Origin: Squalus acanthias
Taxonomy: Eukaryota
Assembly (NCBI GenBank): GCA_030390025.1
Contig: CM059431.1
Coordinates: forward strand, 119,476,001-119,540,000
Length of the DNA: 64,000 nucleotides
Direction of reading: 5' to 3'
Below are positions 1-12,421 of this stretch, in pieces (positions within the stretch are counted from its first letter, which is position 1; every line of letters begins with the position of its first letter). The notes beneath the pieces were generated by a model. That model saw nothing but the letters and a program-made list of their open reading frames with translations, had not been told where the DNA came from and made no database searches. Both the position numbers and the translations under genes were made by a program.

Positions 1-459
1 AGGGAGGCGGGAGCTGCCAGCTCCACAAAGTAAGTGCCCCTTTCAGCACTCCTTGTGTGCAAGGAGGAGCAGGAGAGCTCCCCCCCAGGTCACCCAAAGA
101 AACCTACCCCGATCTCCGATTGCCAACCTCTCCCCAAGTCCCGATTGCCGTGCTCCCCCTCACCCCTCCACCAGCGCCCTTGATCACGGCCCTCTCCCCC
201 CCACCCCCCTCACCCACTCCCTTTCCAATCACTCGATTGCCAGGAACCATCCCCAAGGGTCCCCGGCTACTGCTGGTGTTCCCTCCTGCCCGCCGGCTGT
301 CCATTTGGCTGGTTGCCAGGCAGGAAATGGGACTAAAAAATGTTAATGCGGTCCTGCCATTAAGATCAGCAGAACCTCCGCGTCCCCAGCCTTGCCCTGT
401 TCTTCAGCTGTTTTAGGCCTCACCCACATCCTCCCCGCCTCCCCGTAATTATCGCGGAC
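1..459. mobile_element. Partial Harbinger-type MITE (same family as 52028-55841, opposite orientation)
   Basis: The end ...GTAATTATCGCGGAC resembles the TIR ...GTTAATATCGAGGCC and is followed by ATT. 235-400 is the reverse complement of about 52090-52270. Confidence 0.6.
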
Positions 460-1440
460 ATTATGTCCGCAAATATATTTGACTATAAATCTTCACTAAA
501 TATATATTACGGGAGTGCACATAATGTACTTTGGGGAAAACAGTACATTTCATAGGACATAGGCTGTACAGTTAAGATGAATAAGAACCCTTGGGTCAGA
601 CAAGGTAAATGGTGATAGCAGTGCTATACAGTCAAGTTAGCTGCATTCCATTATTCAAACACAACCTTGCGAATGATGTAGACACTGACAAACAAGGATA
701 GATTTACTGACCTATGTTATTAAAGCTCTGATGGATTGTAGAGTGTTGCTAGGTATCACCTATCATTATTCAATGTGAATGTATACATTGCTTATGCAAT
801 CATAATCACTTACATGAAGAAGAAAAACTCATGGTTGTGAGACATATTAGAGTGCTGACATGCTACACCACAGTAGCTGGACATGGGCTCCAGCACCTGT
901 GACACCTCAGTTAATGAGTTGTCAACTTCAGCTATGGCTAGCTGCGGAGTTGCTGATTGGAACCAAGTGAGGGGAAATTTTAGGGCAAATCAAAGCGTAT
1001 TGCTGACTGATTCACACTGAGAGATAAAATCATGTTGCAAAAGGAGCAAGGGATAGCAAGTAATTAAATGAAAATAAAATGGTAACTGTTCCAAATCATT
1101 GGGTCAGAACTTAGTGGTATGTTTGTGAATTCACAAAGCATTCAAAACAAAATTTAAGGAGTTGGAAGCATCAATAAGTATGGAGAGGTATAGTAGTTAT
1201 AAGAGATGTGGCTTAGGTTTGGACAGGATTGAGAATTTAATATTCCTGATTATAATATTTTCGGCGAGAGAGGGAGGGGATAAAGGGAATGGGGTGGCAG
1301 TTAGTAAAAGATTCTACTACAACGCTGGAATATAAGGATGTCCTAAGGGGTTGCATTAACACACAATCCATATGATTAATTAAAAACTAGAACAGGAAAT
1401 GATACAATTCTTGGTGTGCATTACAGGCCACTAACTACAG

Positions 1441-2440
1441 TCACGATGGTATGTGACTTGGAGGGGAACTTGCAGGTGGTGGTGTTTGTCTCGTGTTGGC
1501 TGCCCTTGTCCTTCTAGGTGGTAGAGGTCACGGGTTTGGGAGGTGCTGTCGAAGAAGCCTTGGTGAGTTGCTGCAGTGCATCTTGTAGATGGTACAGACT
1601 GAAGCCACGGTGCGCCGGTGGTGGAGGGAATGAATATTTAAGGGGGTGGATGGGGTGCCAATCAAGTGGGCTGCTTTTTTTCTGGATGGTGTCGAGCTTC
1701 TTGAGTGTAGTTGGAGCTGCACTCATCCACGCAAGTGGAGAGTATTCGATCACACTCCTTACTTGTGCCTTGTAGATGGTGGAAAGGCTTTGGAAAGTCA
1801 GGAGGTGAGTCACTCACTACAGAATACCCAACCTCTGGCCTGCCCTTGTAGCCACAGTATTTATGTGGCTGGTCCAATTAAGTTTCTGTTCAATGATGAC
1901 CCCCAGGATGTTGATGATGGTGGAATTTGATGATGGTAATGCCATTGAATGTCAAGGGGAGGGAGGTGGTTAGACTCTCACTTGTTGGAGATGGTCATTG
2001 CCTGGGACTTGTGTGGCACAAAGGCACAAATGTGTTTGCCACTTATCAGTCCATGTCTGGATGTTGTCCAGCCCTTGCTGCATGCAGGCACAGACCACTT
2101 CATTATCTGAGGAATTGCGAATGGAACCGAATACTGTGCAATCATCAGCAAAGATCCCTACTTCTGACCTTAGGATGGAGGGAAGGTCATTGATGAATCA
2201 GCTGAAGATGGTTGGGCCTAGGACCCTGCCCTGAGGAACTCCTGCAGTGACGTCCTGGGGCTGAGATGATTGGCCTCCAACAATCACAACCATCTTCCTT
2301 TGTGCTAGGTATGACTCAAGCCTGTGGAGAGTTTTCCCCCTGATTCCCATTGATTTCAATTTTACTGGGACTCTTTGATGCCACAGTTGGTCAAATGCTG
2401 CCTTGATGTCAAGGGCAGTCACTCTCAATTCACCTCTGGA
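1441..2440 (-). mobile_element. CR1/L2-group LINE reverse transcriptase 3' fragment
   Basis: Minus-strand ORFs ALDIKAAFDQLWHQ...GVPQGRVLGPTIFS and YKAQVRSVIEYSPLAW...LKKLDTIQ are typical non-LTR RT and C-terminal motifs. Confidence 0.85.
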
Positions 2441-2639
2441 ATCTGAGTTGAATAGAGTTCAAAACAAGTACAACTACAAGGTGAAAAGAGATGTTTCAAG
2501 AAATAGAATTATGTGGAAAAATAAACAAAACTGATATTTAAAAAGGAGGCATGTGATACCAGTGCTAAAGAAAATTGCAAGGAATATGGAGTGTAGTCGG
2601 GAGGTGCTAAAGGGAATTAGAATAGCTAAAATGGAATAT

Positions 2640-3354
2640 GGCCCGGATATTCTAATCCCTGTGGATGGGTAAGCACTGTGTACCCACCCGTAGGCACATC
2701 GGAAATGCCGGTTTCAGGCATGCACAGCGCATGCGCTGAAAACCGGCATTTCCGATCTATCAAGAATGGTCTTGACAGATTGGACGCCTGCCCTAGAGAA
2801 GGGCCTCTGCGGGCGGATAGTTCCTCTTTTTGGAGACCCTCTGCCCGCAGAAAACCCTTACAATTCTTACGCCTGGTAAGGCCTGCTTTTACCAGGATAA
2901 GAGTTGAAAAAAAGTTTTAAAAAAAAAAATGTCACTGCTTTATCATTTAAAAATACTTTAAAAAAAGATAAGTTTATTTTTAGCCCCGTAAAAAACTTTA
3001 ATTTTTTTCAAAAAATTACATTTTTGTTTAAAATACTTAATTTATTGTAATGTCAATCATTTTAAAAATGTGATGTTTTAAATTTTTTTTTTAAAGTTTT
3101 ACTATGTTTTTTCATTGATCTCCATTCATATATTTGACAGGCCTTCCTGTCAAATGTATGAAGGGAGATTCCCTTCTTTGATTGGCTTCCCATGGCCCAC
3201 GTGATCCCAGGGACGCTGCGACCTGCGCACTTCAAGTTTGGTGAGGCCCAGGAGCGGAAGCGTGTGCATCCTGGGAGCCCTCAGGTAAGGGCGCAGATTG
3301 TTCCAGATCACAGGCCTCCACCCACGGGAGGCCTGCGATCGGAAAATACAGGCC
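2640..3354. mobile_element. Harbinger-type MITE with internal palindromes
   Basis: Ends GGCCCGGATATTC / GAAAATACAGGCC. Internal palindromes are shared with 19913, 21089 and 28383. It interrupts the CR1. Confidence 0.7.
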
Positions 3355-4450
3355 ATTATAAAAGCAAGAGTATGGAATTTTATAAGCACATAAAAAGTAA
3401 AAGAAAAGTTAAAAACGAGGGATAGACTGCTCAAGGATGAAGACGTGTGGCGATTAAAGGTAAAGAAGAGATATTAACTAAATATTTTGCATTTTTTTAC
3501 AAATAAAGTTGGAAGTGAGAATGTAGATGTACTAAAGAAGGACGTGGAACAACTAACTGTAGAAAAGGAATTGATTCTAAAAAGAAAAAGCTGAACTCAA
3601 GGTGGATATGTCACCAGGCTCTGATAGCATGCGGCCTAAGCTGCTGAAAGAAATCAGAGTAGAGATAGCATAGGCTCTGGCCACAATTTTTCAATATTAC
3701 TTAAATATGCAAATTGTGCCATTGGACTGAAAAGCAGCCAATCTAACAGCAGAATTCAACATAAAATTAATGAGCATTTAGATATGCATGGGTTAGTCAA
3801 GGACAGCCAGCATAGATATATTGAAAGAAGTTCTTATTTGACAAATTTAATAGAGTATTTTGAAGAAGTGGCCAATTAGATAGATAAAGGGAATGCAGTA
3901 GATGTTGTTTACATAGATTTTCAGAAGGCGTTCGATAAGATGTCTCAAGAGTTAGAAAAATCAAACCTATGGTATAAGAGGCCAGTTGGTAGACAGCCAG
4001 TAAAATGAGTTAGGGTAAATGAGTGTTGTAACTGAAGCAGGGTTGGAAGTGTTGTACCACAGGCATCCGTGCTGAGTCTACTTTTGTTCTCTGTATATAT
4101 AGATGATTTAGATTTGGGCATAGTAAATATCATCTCAAAATGTACTGATGACACCAAAGTAGAAGGTTATGTGAACAGCGAGGAGGATCATAAAAGACTT
4201 CAAGAAGACATAGATTGCAGCGATTCACAAAGAAGGCCCATCACCACCTTCTCAAAGGAAACTAGGGATGGGCATTAAAGTGATGCCTACATCACAAGAA
4301 TGAAAGAAAACATAGACAGCGATCATTGATTATTTTAGAAGAAAAATTGGATATATCTTTGAAGCAGAAAAAGATGGAAGGCCATGGGGAGAAGAAGGGG
4401 CATTGCGATTCATTTTGGATAACTTTAGAAAGAGCTGGTGTAGACGCAAT

Positions 4451-5317
4451 CGGTGCGATTTTAATTGGGAATGGTATTCAGTGGGCGGGGACGGGCCAGC
4501 GCCAAATGTGCCCGTGTTGGCAGCTGGAGGCCCGGGAGATTTTAACTCCTGGGCCTCATCTGTCTACTACTGGTCAGCTGACCATCTGAAATAGGCAGAA
4601 TGTGGCAGCTGGCTGGCGAGTGGGACCAGAAATTCAGATGGCAGGAAGCCGCCGGCCGACACCAATGGAATGATCGGCGGCAAGAAGGTAAGTCACAAGG
4701 AAAAAGGTTTCAGGAGGGTCTTATGGGAATGAAGGTGAAGAGCCCGGGGAAGGAGAGGCCTAAACTTTCCTAGTGTCAGCTGGAGGAGCAATCCTGCTCC
4801 TCTTGCCCCACAAGGAAGTAAAACCATTTACCTTAAATGGCCTCTTCTAGTCCCGGATCCACTTCTCCGACTCAATTTCCACCTGGCAGAAAACTGGCAG
4901 CAGCTTACCCCGCTCAAGTTAAAATAGCAGTTGGAGCACAATAATGTCATCGGACCCTAATCTGCATATTTAAAGAAGGACCCTGCTGGTTTCAGGCAGG
5001 TGCATTTCAATGTTTGCTTTAAGCTGCGCAACCACGTGGCCATGTGGTCGCACAATGCGCTGGAGCTCCCACGCAGCCGACTCACTGGCCTTTAAACCGC
5101 TCAAGCTCAGAATTTTGAAAGAGCTGCAGAGTCCGTTAAAGAGGCCGCGCGCGCGGCCCAAAACAAAATTAGAGGGAACATTGGTGCCTTTGTCACCTGC
5201 TCAGGGGAGCAGGATGAAATCAGGATCAGGCAGGCAGGCAATGCGTAAGTCACCTGGGGTATTTTAACTGGCCACCCAGCCACTTTCCGCCAAGTGGGTA
5301 GGGTTAAAGTTGCCCCC
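4451..5317. mobile_element. Probable Harbinger-type non-autonomous element
   Basis: Degenerate TIR-like ends CGGTGCGATTTTAA / TTAAAGTTGCCCCCC and a GC-rich interior. Confidence 0.4.
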
Positions 5318-5789
5318 CACTGTGTTGAATGGCTTCTTTCTGTGCCGTGAACTTCTGTGGTTTCTATGGTTCTATGTCAGACCAAAAAGAAGCTGTTCAG
5401 CTGCCATTTTGTGATAGGAATGGTTTATACTACAATGGATCTTATTTGGAGGGGGAGGAGGAACTAAATATTATTTTAAATGGTATTTAATATTAAAGCA
5501 AGAAACAACAATATTCCATACAAATTGCTGTTTATTTATAGTCTAAGTATAATCTCTGTGGAAAAGCCTTTACTAGAAATAGTTTATTTTATACCTCATG
5601 TTGTCCAACAAGAAGATCTATTTAACCTCAAGTGAACTCAGTACTGACCCCAGTGATACAATACTTTCAACCCTTCTCCAGTTCAAGCAACACCCATTTA
5701 CCCTAATTCTTTGTTTACTGATTGTAAACCAGATAAATACATATACATCTATCTATCTATATAGACACCATAAACATCCCTACAATGCC

Positions 5790-6692
5790 CAAGCCATTGC
5801 TTTCACACTCATCACCATTGCGGGGGGGTACCGTTATGTCTCACCATTCACTGCAACTCATTAAGCCACTTCCAAAAGGCGCACACAAGTCTGTCCAAGA
5901 ATGCAAAGTGTTGAAAATAAAGGTTTCAATGTCTGATACCACTTTACCAGAAACTTTACATGAACATTGCATAAAACACCCAAGTGCCTACCCTTGTGTG
6001 TTGTTAGTTGGTATGATTGGACTAGGATGAGGGTGAGTGTGAGGGGTGGCTAGTGAGATGGGGATGTGATAATATACATATAGAGAGAGATGGGTGGAGG
6101 TGCAAGGTAAGTTGGTGTGAGTAAGGATGTGCAGGAGTAGGGTAGGGAAGGCAGAGTGATGGGAATGTGATGAGAGGCACAGCAGGATAAGGTTGAGTGT
6201 GGCTTTGTACTAACATTTCGTGATCTACTGAGATCATTGAAACATTTGCGGCACTGCACCTAGGTCCTCCTGACCACATCCCTGCTTGTGCCCTCCTCTG
6301 CAATGTGCAACCAGGCTGTGTTGATCTCCTGGGGAGGTCTCTTCTGCCCATGGGAAGGGAAGAGGACCTCCCTGCGTGCTGTGATTCCCTCCATAAGCAT
6401 ATGGAGGGATTCATGGGGGAGCCTGGGTGTGGCCCTGTGCCTTTGTGCAGTCATTGTCAGTGTTTGCAGCACCTCAATGCTGTAGAACACTGACAGCACA
6501 CATGACAAAATAAATTTGGACATGGTCCCTTTAAGGATAAGGGCTTAATGACGTCACCAGACCCGTTTCCTCTAATTGGCCGGGAAACGTGCTAGGCGGG
6601 CTTACCAAGCCCAATCAAGGGAAATTCATTTTGGACAGCGGGATCGGGACCCACCACCGACATCGCCCGCCAAGGTCAGCAAAATCGTGGCC
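5790..6692 (-). mobile_element. Harbinger transposon remnant with Myb/SANT-like gene fragment
   Basis: RREVLFP...TAWLHIAEE...RRT*VQCRKCFNDL is homologous to the Myb ORFs at 17088 and 24690. TIR-like AAAATCGTGGCC at 6681-6692. Left boundary approximate. Confidence 0.7.
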
Positions 6693-7752
6693 TAAGGGTT
6701 AACATATATGTTAGGAAAGGGTTAATCAGACTGTCCTAAAGTGTACTGAAGTTATATTGCTATTGATCTGTCTTTATATTGTAGCAATATTAACCTTTAG
6801 CCTTCATATGTTAAGCAGGAAGTATAATCAATGTAAGTAGTGACCACTGAGCTGTTGAACCAAGACTGACCCAACAGCAATGGTCAGTTTTATCACTTTA
6901 GTAAACTTAATTAAAGACATGCCATTGCATACTGGTTCCTAAAGTTGCAGAGAACCTTAATCATTTTATAATGAGTGTGTAAAACCGATTAGTTCTCCTA
7001 AACAAAAACATCTGGGTGTACATCATCCTTTTAAATTAGGGTTTATGTAGAATCAGGAGATTGACTGGTACTGAATGACACGGAATCAAAGTCAAATTTT
7101 TTGTCTTACAATACTCCTGTGCAGAGCCTTGGGCCGTTTTACTATGTTAAAAGTGCTATGTAAATATAAGTTGTTGTTGTTGTAAAAGAGTTATAGTGAT
7201 CTCGTTAGCCCAACGGAAAAAGAGCTTGCTAAGTAAGGAAATCTAAAATTATTTCTAAGGAACAAGATCATGAACTTCTTATATGGGGTTGTAGTTTAAC
7301 TTTTGTATAATCAAGTAATGTGTGGATTGTCACATAGAGGGGGTTAGAAACATATATAAAAAGTAGCAGTTTGTAATGGGTGTTTTGATTTGTAAAGGCC
7401 TGAGATACTGAGTTCAGAACTGTAACGTGTTTGAATCCCCAACCAAACCATCATCAGGTATAATCTTTCAGGTGCATATTTAAGTACTGCAAGTACGTTT
7501 TGCTTAATAAATCTATGAGACTTGACCTCAATGTTCAAGAACCTTATTGATCTGAGGAGTAAATAGAGCATCTAATGATAAATAAGATTGACCCTCTAAC
7601 TTAGAGGCCTAGATATTTGGTATCCCTCGAAAACGAGCACTGGGATAGCGATGAAATAGCAACCCGCCCTCATTCGGACAACTGTAGGCAGCACATAAAA
7701 TTTGTGCTGCCTGCTACTTTATGCGATTGTAGCGTTCAGACAAGTCTGCACC

Positions 7753-9353
7753 TGTAAGGGATTCTCTCCTGACCCTGCGTGTCTCGTAGCCTGTGAGATT
7801 CACGCGGCTCTGTGCAGCCTGTATGTCAGTGCGGGTCTAGGCCTGGTCTCCAGCCAGTCTGGGAACACTAGACACCCCTGTGAGTGGTTCGAATCACTCT
7901 CCCTTACGGTTCTAGACACTGGACTTAGATGCGAGAGCAGTAATGGAGATAAAACTCATGTAGACTTGGTTTGAACGGTACGAAATGGAAAATCTTTATT
8001 GCATGATACTTAAAATTATGAAATACATGTCATATGCACAGATTAATGACAGTACAATCTTACAAACAGTTATAATCACTCTTAGGGAAACGAGGAACGA
8101 CCAGCACAACGTAAATAGGGCACACATTACAAATATCCTTAATCTTTAAACCCTCCCCTATCAATGTCTATCCTAAACTAGCTTCGTAGGATCCCGAGAC
8201 TCATGCTCACCACTCGTAATAACTCGGAGAAATCCCGAATAGCTGATCGGATGTTTTTCACCGCAGCACCCACGTGTTGGTCAGGAGATCTCCTGGTCCC
8301 ACTTGTTTACTGCTTCTGCTGCTCGGTCAGTCGGCTGGACCGTCCGCTGTAGTGAAGACCTCTGTTGGTTGGATACAAGGTATGGTGGAGCACCGTTGTC
8401 AATATCGCTGATACGATGTGTTTGCACAGTCCAGTTATCGTCGATGCAATATGTCTTGTTAAAGAAGAAAACTTCCTGTCGAGAAGACTTGGCTGATCGA
8501 CCTACAGGCGCGGTCGGGATCTACTGACCGTGGCGATGGATAAGGTCTTCTTCTCTTCTCCTCTCATCTCATCTCATCTCATCTCATCTCATCCCGGGCC
8601 TTCGGTTCCGCTGCCAGCTACCAACATAGGTCTTTGCAACAGTCTTTTACACAGGAGCAGCCACGATGATAACAGCAACAAGCGGCAAGAGTCAAGAACA
8701 CGAGGCAAGAGCAAGAGCAAGAGGCCAGAGAGCGAATGGACGGTTTGGGGCCTGCAATTATAGTGCACAGTTCTTCCGTTTCCCGCCCAACTACAATGTC
8801 CATTCTTTTGTTTAAGGTTTGGCGCCCAAAATGTCCTGTATGGGTGATCTCTGTCCTTAATGGGTTTCGGGGCTACTCCTGAATGTTTGAGTACCTGTTA
8901 ATATTTCTCCCATTGTTAAATCGGTCGGTGTTCCCCCTGGAGGGGTTTGGGGCTTCCAAGTGTCCTGTATAACTACCTGCTAACGGCTCTCTCATCGTAG
9001 AGCCGTTGGGAGTTTACATATTAATGTCCTTTGGATGGGCCCTTGATGGCTTTCCTTTGTACCTGGGAGACCGATTCCAGTATCGATGTTTATACTGTAA
9101 ACCCATAATGTCCTGTGTATTGTCTTCACTGTGCTGAATCGTTATCGATCTTGCAAGAATGTTTATTGGAACGCCATCTTGTCTGCCTGCTGAAAAGTCT
9201 AGAATGTTCTGTCACGCGGTGCGGCGGCCATTTTACAGGCTGCTTGTGTCCAATTTAAACCTGACAGCATTCCGCTGAAATAAAAGCTGTTTTGAACGAA
9301 ACTTTGTGTTTTCTCCTTATTAAAATGAAATCGCGATAATTGCGAATTCTACA
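7753..9353 (-). repeat. 3' LTR of element A1
   Basis: Matches 15399-16999 at offset 7646, with no differences seen in spot checks. Contains a (CATCT)n microsatellite and a minus-strand AATAAA at ~7995-8000. Confidence 0.95.
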
Positions 9354-9365
9354 GTCCCTCCTGTT
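9354..9365 (-). promoter_or_regulatory. Polypurine tract of A1
   Basis: Minus-strand AACAGGAGGGAC lies immediately before the TGTAG start of the 3' LTR. Confidence 0.8.
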
Positions 9366-9777
9366 GATGCGAATAACTCCGCTTATCGTATCAAAAATCT
9401 CAGTGGTGAGCAATCTTATCTCGATTTCACTCCGAATCCAGTAAATTAATCCCATAAATTTTAACTTCACTAGGGTCTCTGTGTCGTCCTCATTTCCCAA
9501 GAAAAATCACATTTTATATCACCGTAGGCATCATTTGCCCTTAAACTTACACCACTTGTTTTCCTTCCCGGCGTAACCAGGCCGATACCTCACGCATCAC
9601 CTGTATATTTGTCTTTTATTCAAGGGAAGGAAAAACAAAACCCAAAAACCAAACAATCAACACCATCACCAAAATAAACAAATCCCGACTCTTAAACATG
9701 TCGAGTTTCCAACGTATTTACAATGAGTACAAACTTCCGCGGCGCACGTGGCGAGCAGGAGTGACGCCATTTTCCCA

Positions 9778-12129
9778 TTACACTGCGCTCTCATCGTACA
9801 CGCGCACGTAACGTTCTCGCCACTCTCCCGTGTTCTCATGCTTGGTGAGGCGCTTGTCTCTTTTACAATGTATGAACAAAAGGTATACTACAATAAACAC
9901 TTGACAGACGACTAAAATGTGGGAGGCTATTCTGACCCATGAGGGCACTTCAATATTCGTGAACAGATTCCACCACGGTGGAACCACTATGTCCAAAATG
10001 TCTGTACCTATCTCGACGGTTTTCTGTTCTAATGTATAGAAATGCTTTTGTGACACCGCGACGGCTTTCAGAAGTTTGGTTAAATGCTCGGGGAGAGGGG
10101 GAATGAGGTACCCAAAATGTGCGACAAATCGCTGCAAGTCGGTGAAATTCTCTTTTACTGTGAGATGAACAGTGGATGGTTCAGGGATTGGGATGATTCG
10201 TTGTTGTGCTACTTGAACTTCAGCCCTGGGTTTAAAACAGAAACTGCTGTCACTCACCGGACACCGGCTACGGTTTCCATGCTGGTAGTGTTGCGCTGCA
10301 GTGGTAACACAATATGTTCCACCCCCGATGTATGCTACCTGCGGAGGCACATGATCTTGTGCCATTGCCTCCATGGTGCAATTCATGGACTTGGCGCCAG
10401 CCGTTCTGAACCCGCACTGTGGTGTTAAAAAGGCATTCAAGTGCTGGGGGCACAGTATTATGTGTGCTCCCCTGCCACGACAACCAGAGAGATCTGTACC
10501 TGTCATCGTTTGCTCCCAGCGGATGACGTAAGGTGGAACCGCTGCATAACGAATGTGGGCTCCCCCCTGAATGACACCAATGTTCTCTACCCGATATACC
10601 GGGGCGGGCTTTGCTGTGTTGCCCAAAACCGGCATGCGTAATACTATTCCCATAATAGTATGGTTTGAACGTCCGCAGTCCACGGGGACTGGGTAAGCTT
10701 CTGAAGCTAGCCTGAGCTGGCACGGACTTAATGCGTTCTGAAAAGGGTGGAGCGCCCGCAGGTGTTTGTTACTTATCCAGGACGGGACCAAACCTTGTTT
10801 TAAATCCTCCAAATTACTGCGGCCCTCGCCCAGTAACCACGCCCCGTAAAGCACGCACACCTCGTTCTGCGCAGCTTGATCGGATGCATTCCGATCTTCC
10901 CTAATCAGGGCATTTACCGTACGCGCATGTTTCTCCAGCTCTGCTATGATTTCCTTTAAGTGTAGTGTCATGGCTTGGTCCTCGTGCAGACCTGACCCTA
11001 CCACTTTATTCTCGTCTGTAAGAATATCCTTTAACTGTGTTTTTAAACCATTAATCTGGGTCTGCAGCTCCACACTGTCTAGAGCGTTGACCACAGATGT
11101 CCCTGTATTAAAGGCAGTGAACGCATCGTTCACCAAACCCCTTCTTTGCCTCCCTACTTGGTCCAAAACTTCCTGCGGTGCGGTGTATAAACTTGTCTTA
11201 TCAATTTCTGCAAAATCAAACTCGTAAAATTGCCTGAACATCTTGGTCAACAGGACCTGGTACAACTGTTCCGTCTTTTTGGGGCACCACTCTGGTAACC
11301 GTACCTCAGTGAGATTTAAAATCACCGAGGCCACCGCGTAATGTACCCCCTGAAATAGTATCTGGTCTGTGGGGACCAGTACCAAACCGTTCCCGGGTCC
11401 CTTACTAGTTTTAGGGCACCCTTCTTCCTCAGTTAGAACTACCGGGATCGTGGGCGGGGCTTTGCGTGGGCGCGTAATGAGCTCAGTGGCATTTACTGGG
11501 ATCGGAGAGTATGGGGCTCCGCACCCCCTGGTGCTCGCATCCCACCTCATCCCCTGTCCGTTATCCTGCCACTGATTAATAAAGAATATGGAGATGCCTT
11601 TGGGGCAAACGTACTTTGACCCCCACATACAAACATAAATTCCCTCATCCGGTTCCCACCATTTGTCCCAACAGACTTTCACTTGTCCGTCTGTCCCCGT
11701 AATTGTCCGATGGGTATTATTACCCAGTCGCTCCCACTCAACCGAAGAGTTCCTCATAGTTTTGCTCAGCTTTCGCAGCCACCACCATCGGCTCAATGGG
11801 ACATTCCCACTGCAGGTCAAACAAATCATTTTGCCGACGGTGACGCTGATCCTGGGTGCGATGATCCGTACTTTGGGGCACATTAAAGAAGTCTCTTTGT
11901 AGGCGAACCCCGATGTGCTGGAATACTCCGTTGAGTTCGTTCCCAGCCATCCTGGCCACCTTCCCTTGTGGAAATAGGTGCTGGTCCCTTCTGCCTTCCG
12001 TCTCCCGGTCCCATCCACCGCGATGGGGGCCGTGTCCCCGGAACATCCAAACACCACGACATCCTTGGTGAGGCCCCGATAGGCCAATCCACATCCGATT
12101 GCCACGAGCAAAACTAGAAGTCGTTCCAT
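9778..12129 (-). CDS. env: Envelope glycoprotein, 783 aa: signal peptide, Ig-like domain, furin site, class I F-type fusion subunit, TM, cytoplasmic tail
   Basis: Hydrophobic N-terminus, CLTC...W...DEGIYVC, RQRR|GLVNDAFTAFNTGTSVV followed by heptad repeats, Cys-rich region, TM segment ILVVCQVFIVVYLLFI, many N-X-S/T sites. Confidence 0.9.
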   Translation of the reverse strand: MERLLVLLVAIGCGLAYRGLTKDVVVFGCSGDTAPIAVDGTGRRKAEGTSTYFHKGRWPGWLGTNSTEYSSTSGFAYKETSLMCPKVRIIAPRISVTVGKMICLTCSGNVPLSRWWWLRKLSKTMRNSSVEWERLGNNTHRTITGTDGQVKVCWDKWWEPDEGIYVCMWGSKYVCPKGISIFFINQWQDNGQGMRWDASTRGCGAPYSPIPVNATELITRPRKAPPTIPVVLTEEEGCPKTSKGPGNGLVLVPTDQILFQGVHYAVASVILNLTEVRLPEWCPKKTEQLYQVLLTKMFRQFYEFDFAEIDKTSLYTAPQEVLDQVGRQRRGLVNDAFTAFNTGTSVVNALDSVELQTQINGLKTQLKDILTDENKVVGSGLHEDQAMTLHLKEIIAELEKHARTVNALIREDRNASDQAAQNEVCVLYGAWLLGEGRSNLEDLKQGLVPSWISNKHLRALHPFQNALSPCQLRLASEAYPVPVDCGRSNHTIMGIVLRMPVLGNTAKPAPVYRVENIGVIQGGAHIRYAAVPPYVIRWEQTMTGTDLSGCRGRGAHIILCPQHLNAFLTPQCGFRTAGAKSMNCTMEAMAQDHVPPQVAYIGGGTYCVTTAAQHYQHGNRSRCPVSDSSFCFKPRAEVQVAQQRIIPIPEPSTVHLTVKENFTDLQRFVAHFGYLIPPLPEHLTKLLKAVAVSQKHFYTLEQKTVEIGTDILDIVVPPWWNLFTNIEVPSWVRIASHILVVCQVFIVVYLLFIHCKRDKRLTKHENTGEWRERYVRVYDESAV

Positions 12130-12421
12130 CCTTCCTTGGTTCCTGTGATCAGATAGAATGAGGTAGCCAGCCTCGCAAAAAGTCTCTGGCTTTTGTGAAG
12201 GGTGAGCGGGTCCCCTGACCTCGCCTCACGTAAACTTCAACGTTTGCTAAATAGACTTCCTCTAAACCTAGCCTTAAAACTCCCATCATTTTGTCGTTAT
12301 CTGTTAAAAACACTACAAACTTAACCTTATTAAAACTTAAAACTTAACCTTGAACTATAAACTTTAAAACTTAACCTTATACTAATACTTTACAATGCCG
12401 CCCGTTCTCAGGGCGGCCCCT

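Larger units (their letters stand above)
1110..4440 (+). mobile_element. Degenerate CR1 LINE ORF2 fragments, interrupted by another LINE and a MITE
   Basis: Endonuclease-like text near 1200-1300. RT motifs VDVVYIDFQKAFDK (~3895) and LFSVYIDDLD...SKCTDDTK (ORF 4069-4278). Many stops and frameshifts. Confidence 0.75.

Noticed and set aside
7344..7571. 75-aa minus-strand ORF in non-repeat DNA
   Set aside because: No recognisable motif or convincing splice donor.
8303..8803. Short ORFs within family A LTRs (possible accessory genes)
   Set aside because: They are duplicated only because the LTR is, and their frames are not conserved between A1 and A2 LTRs.
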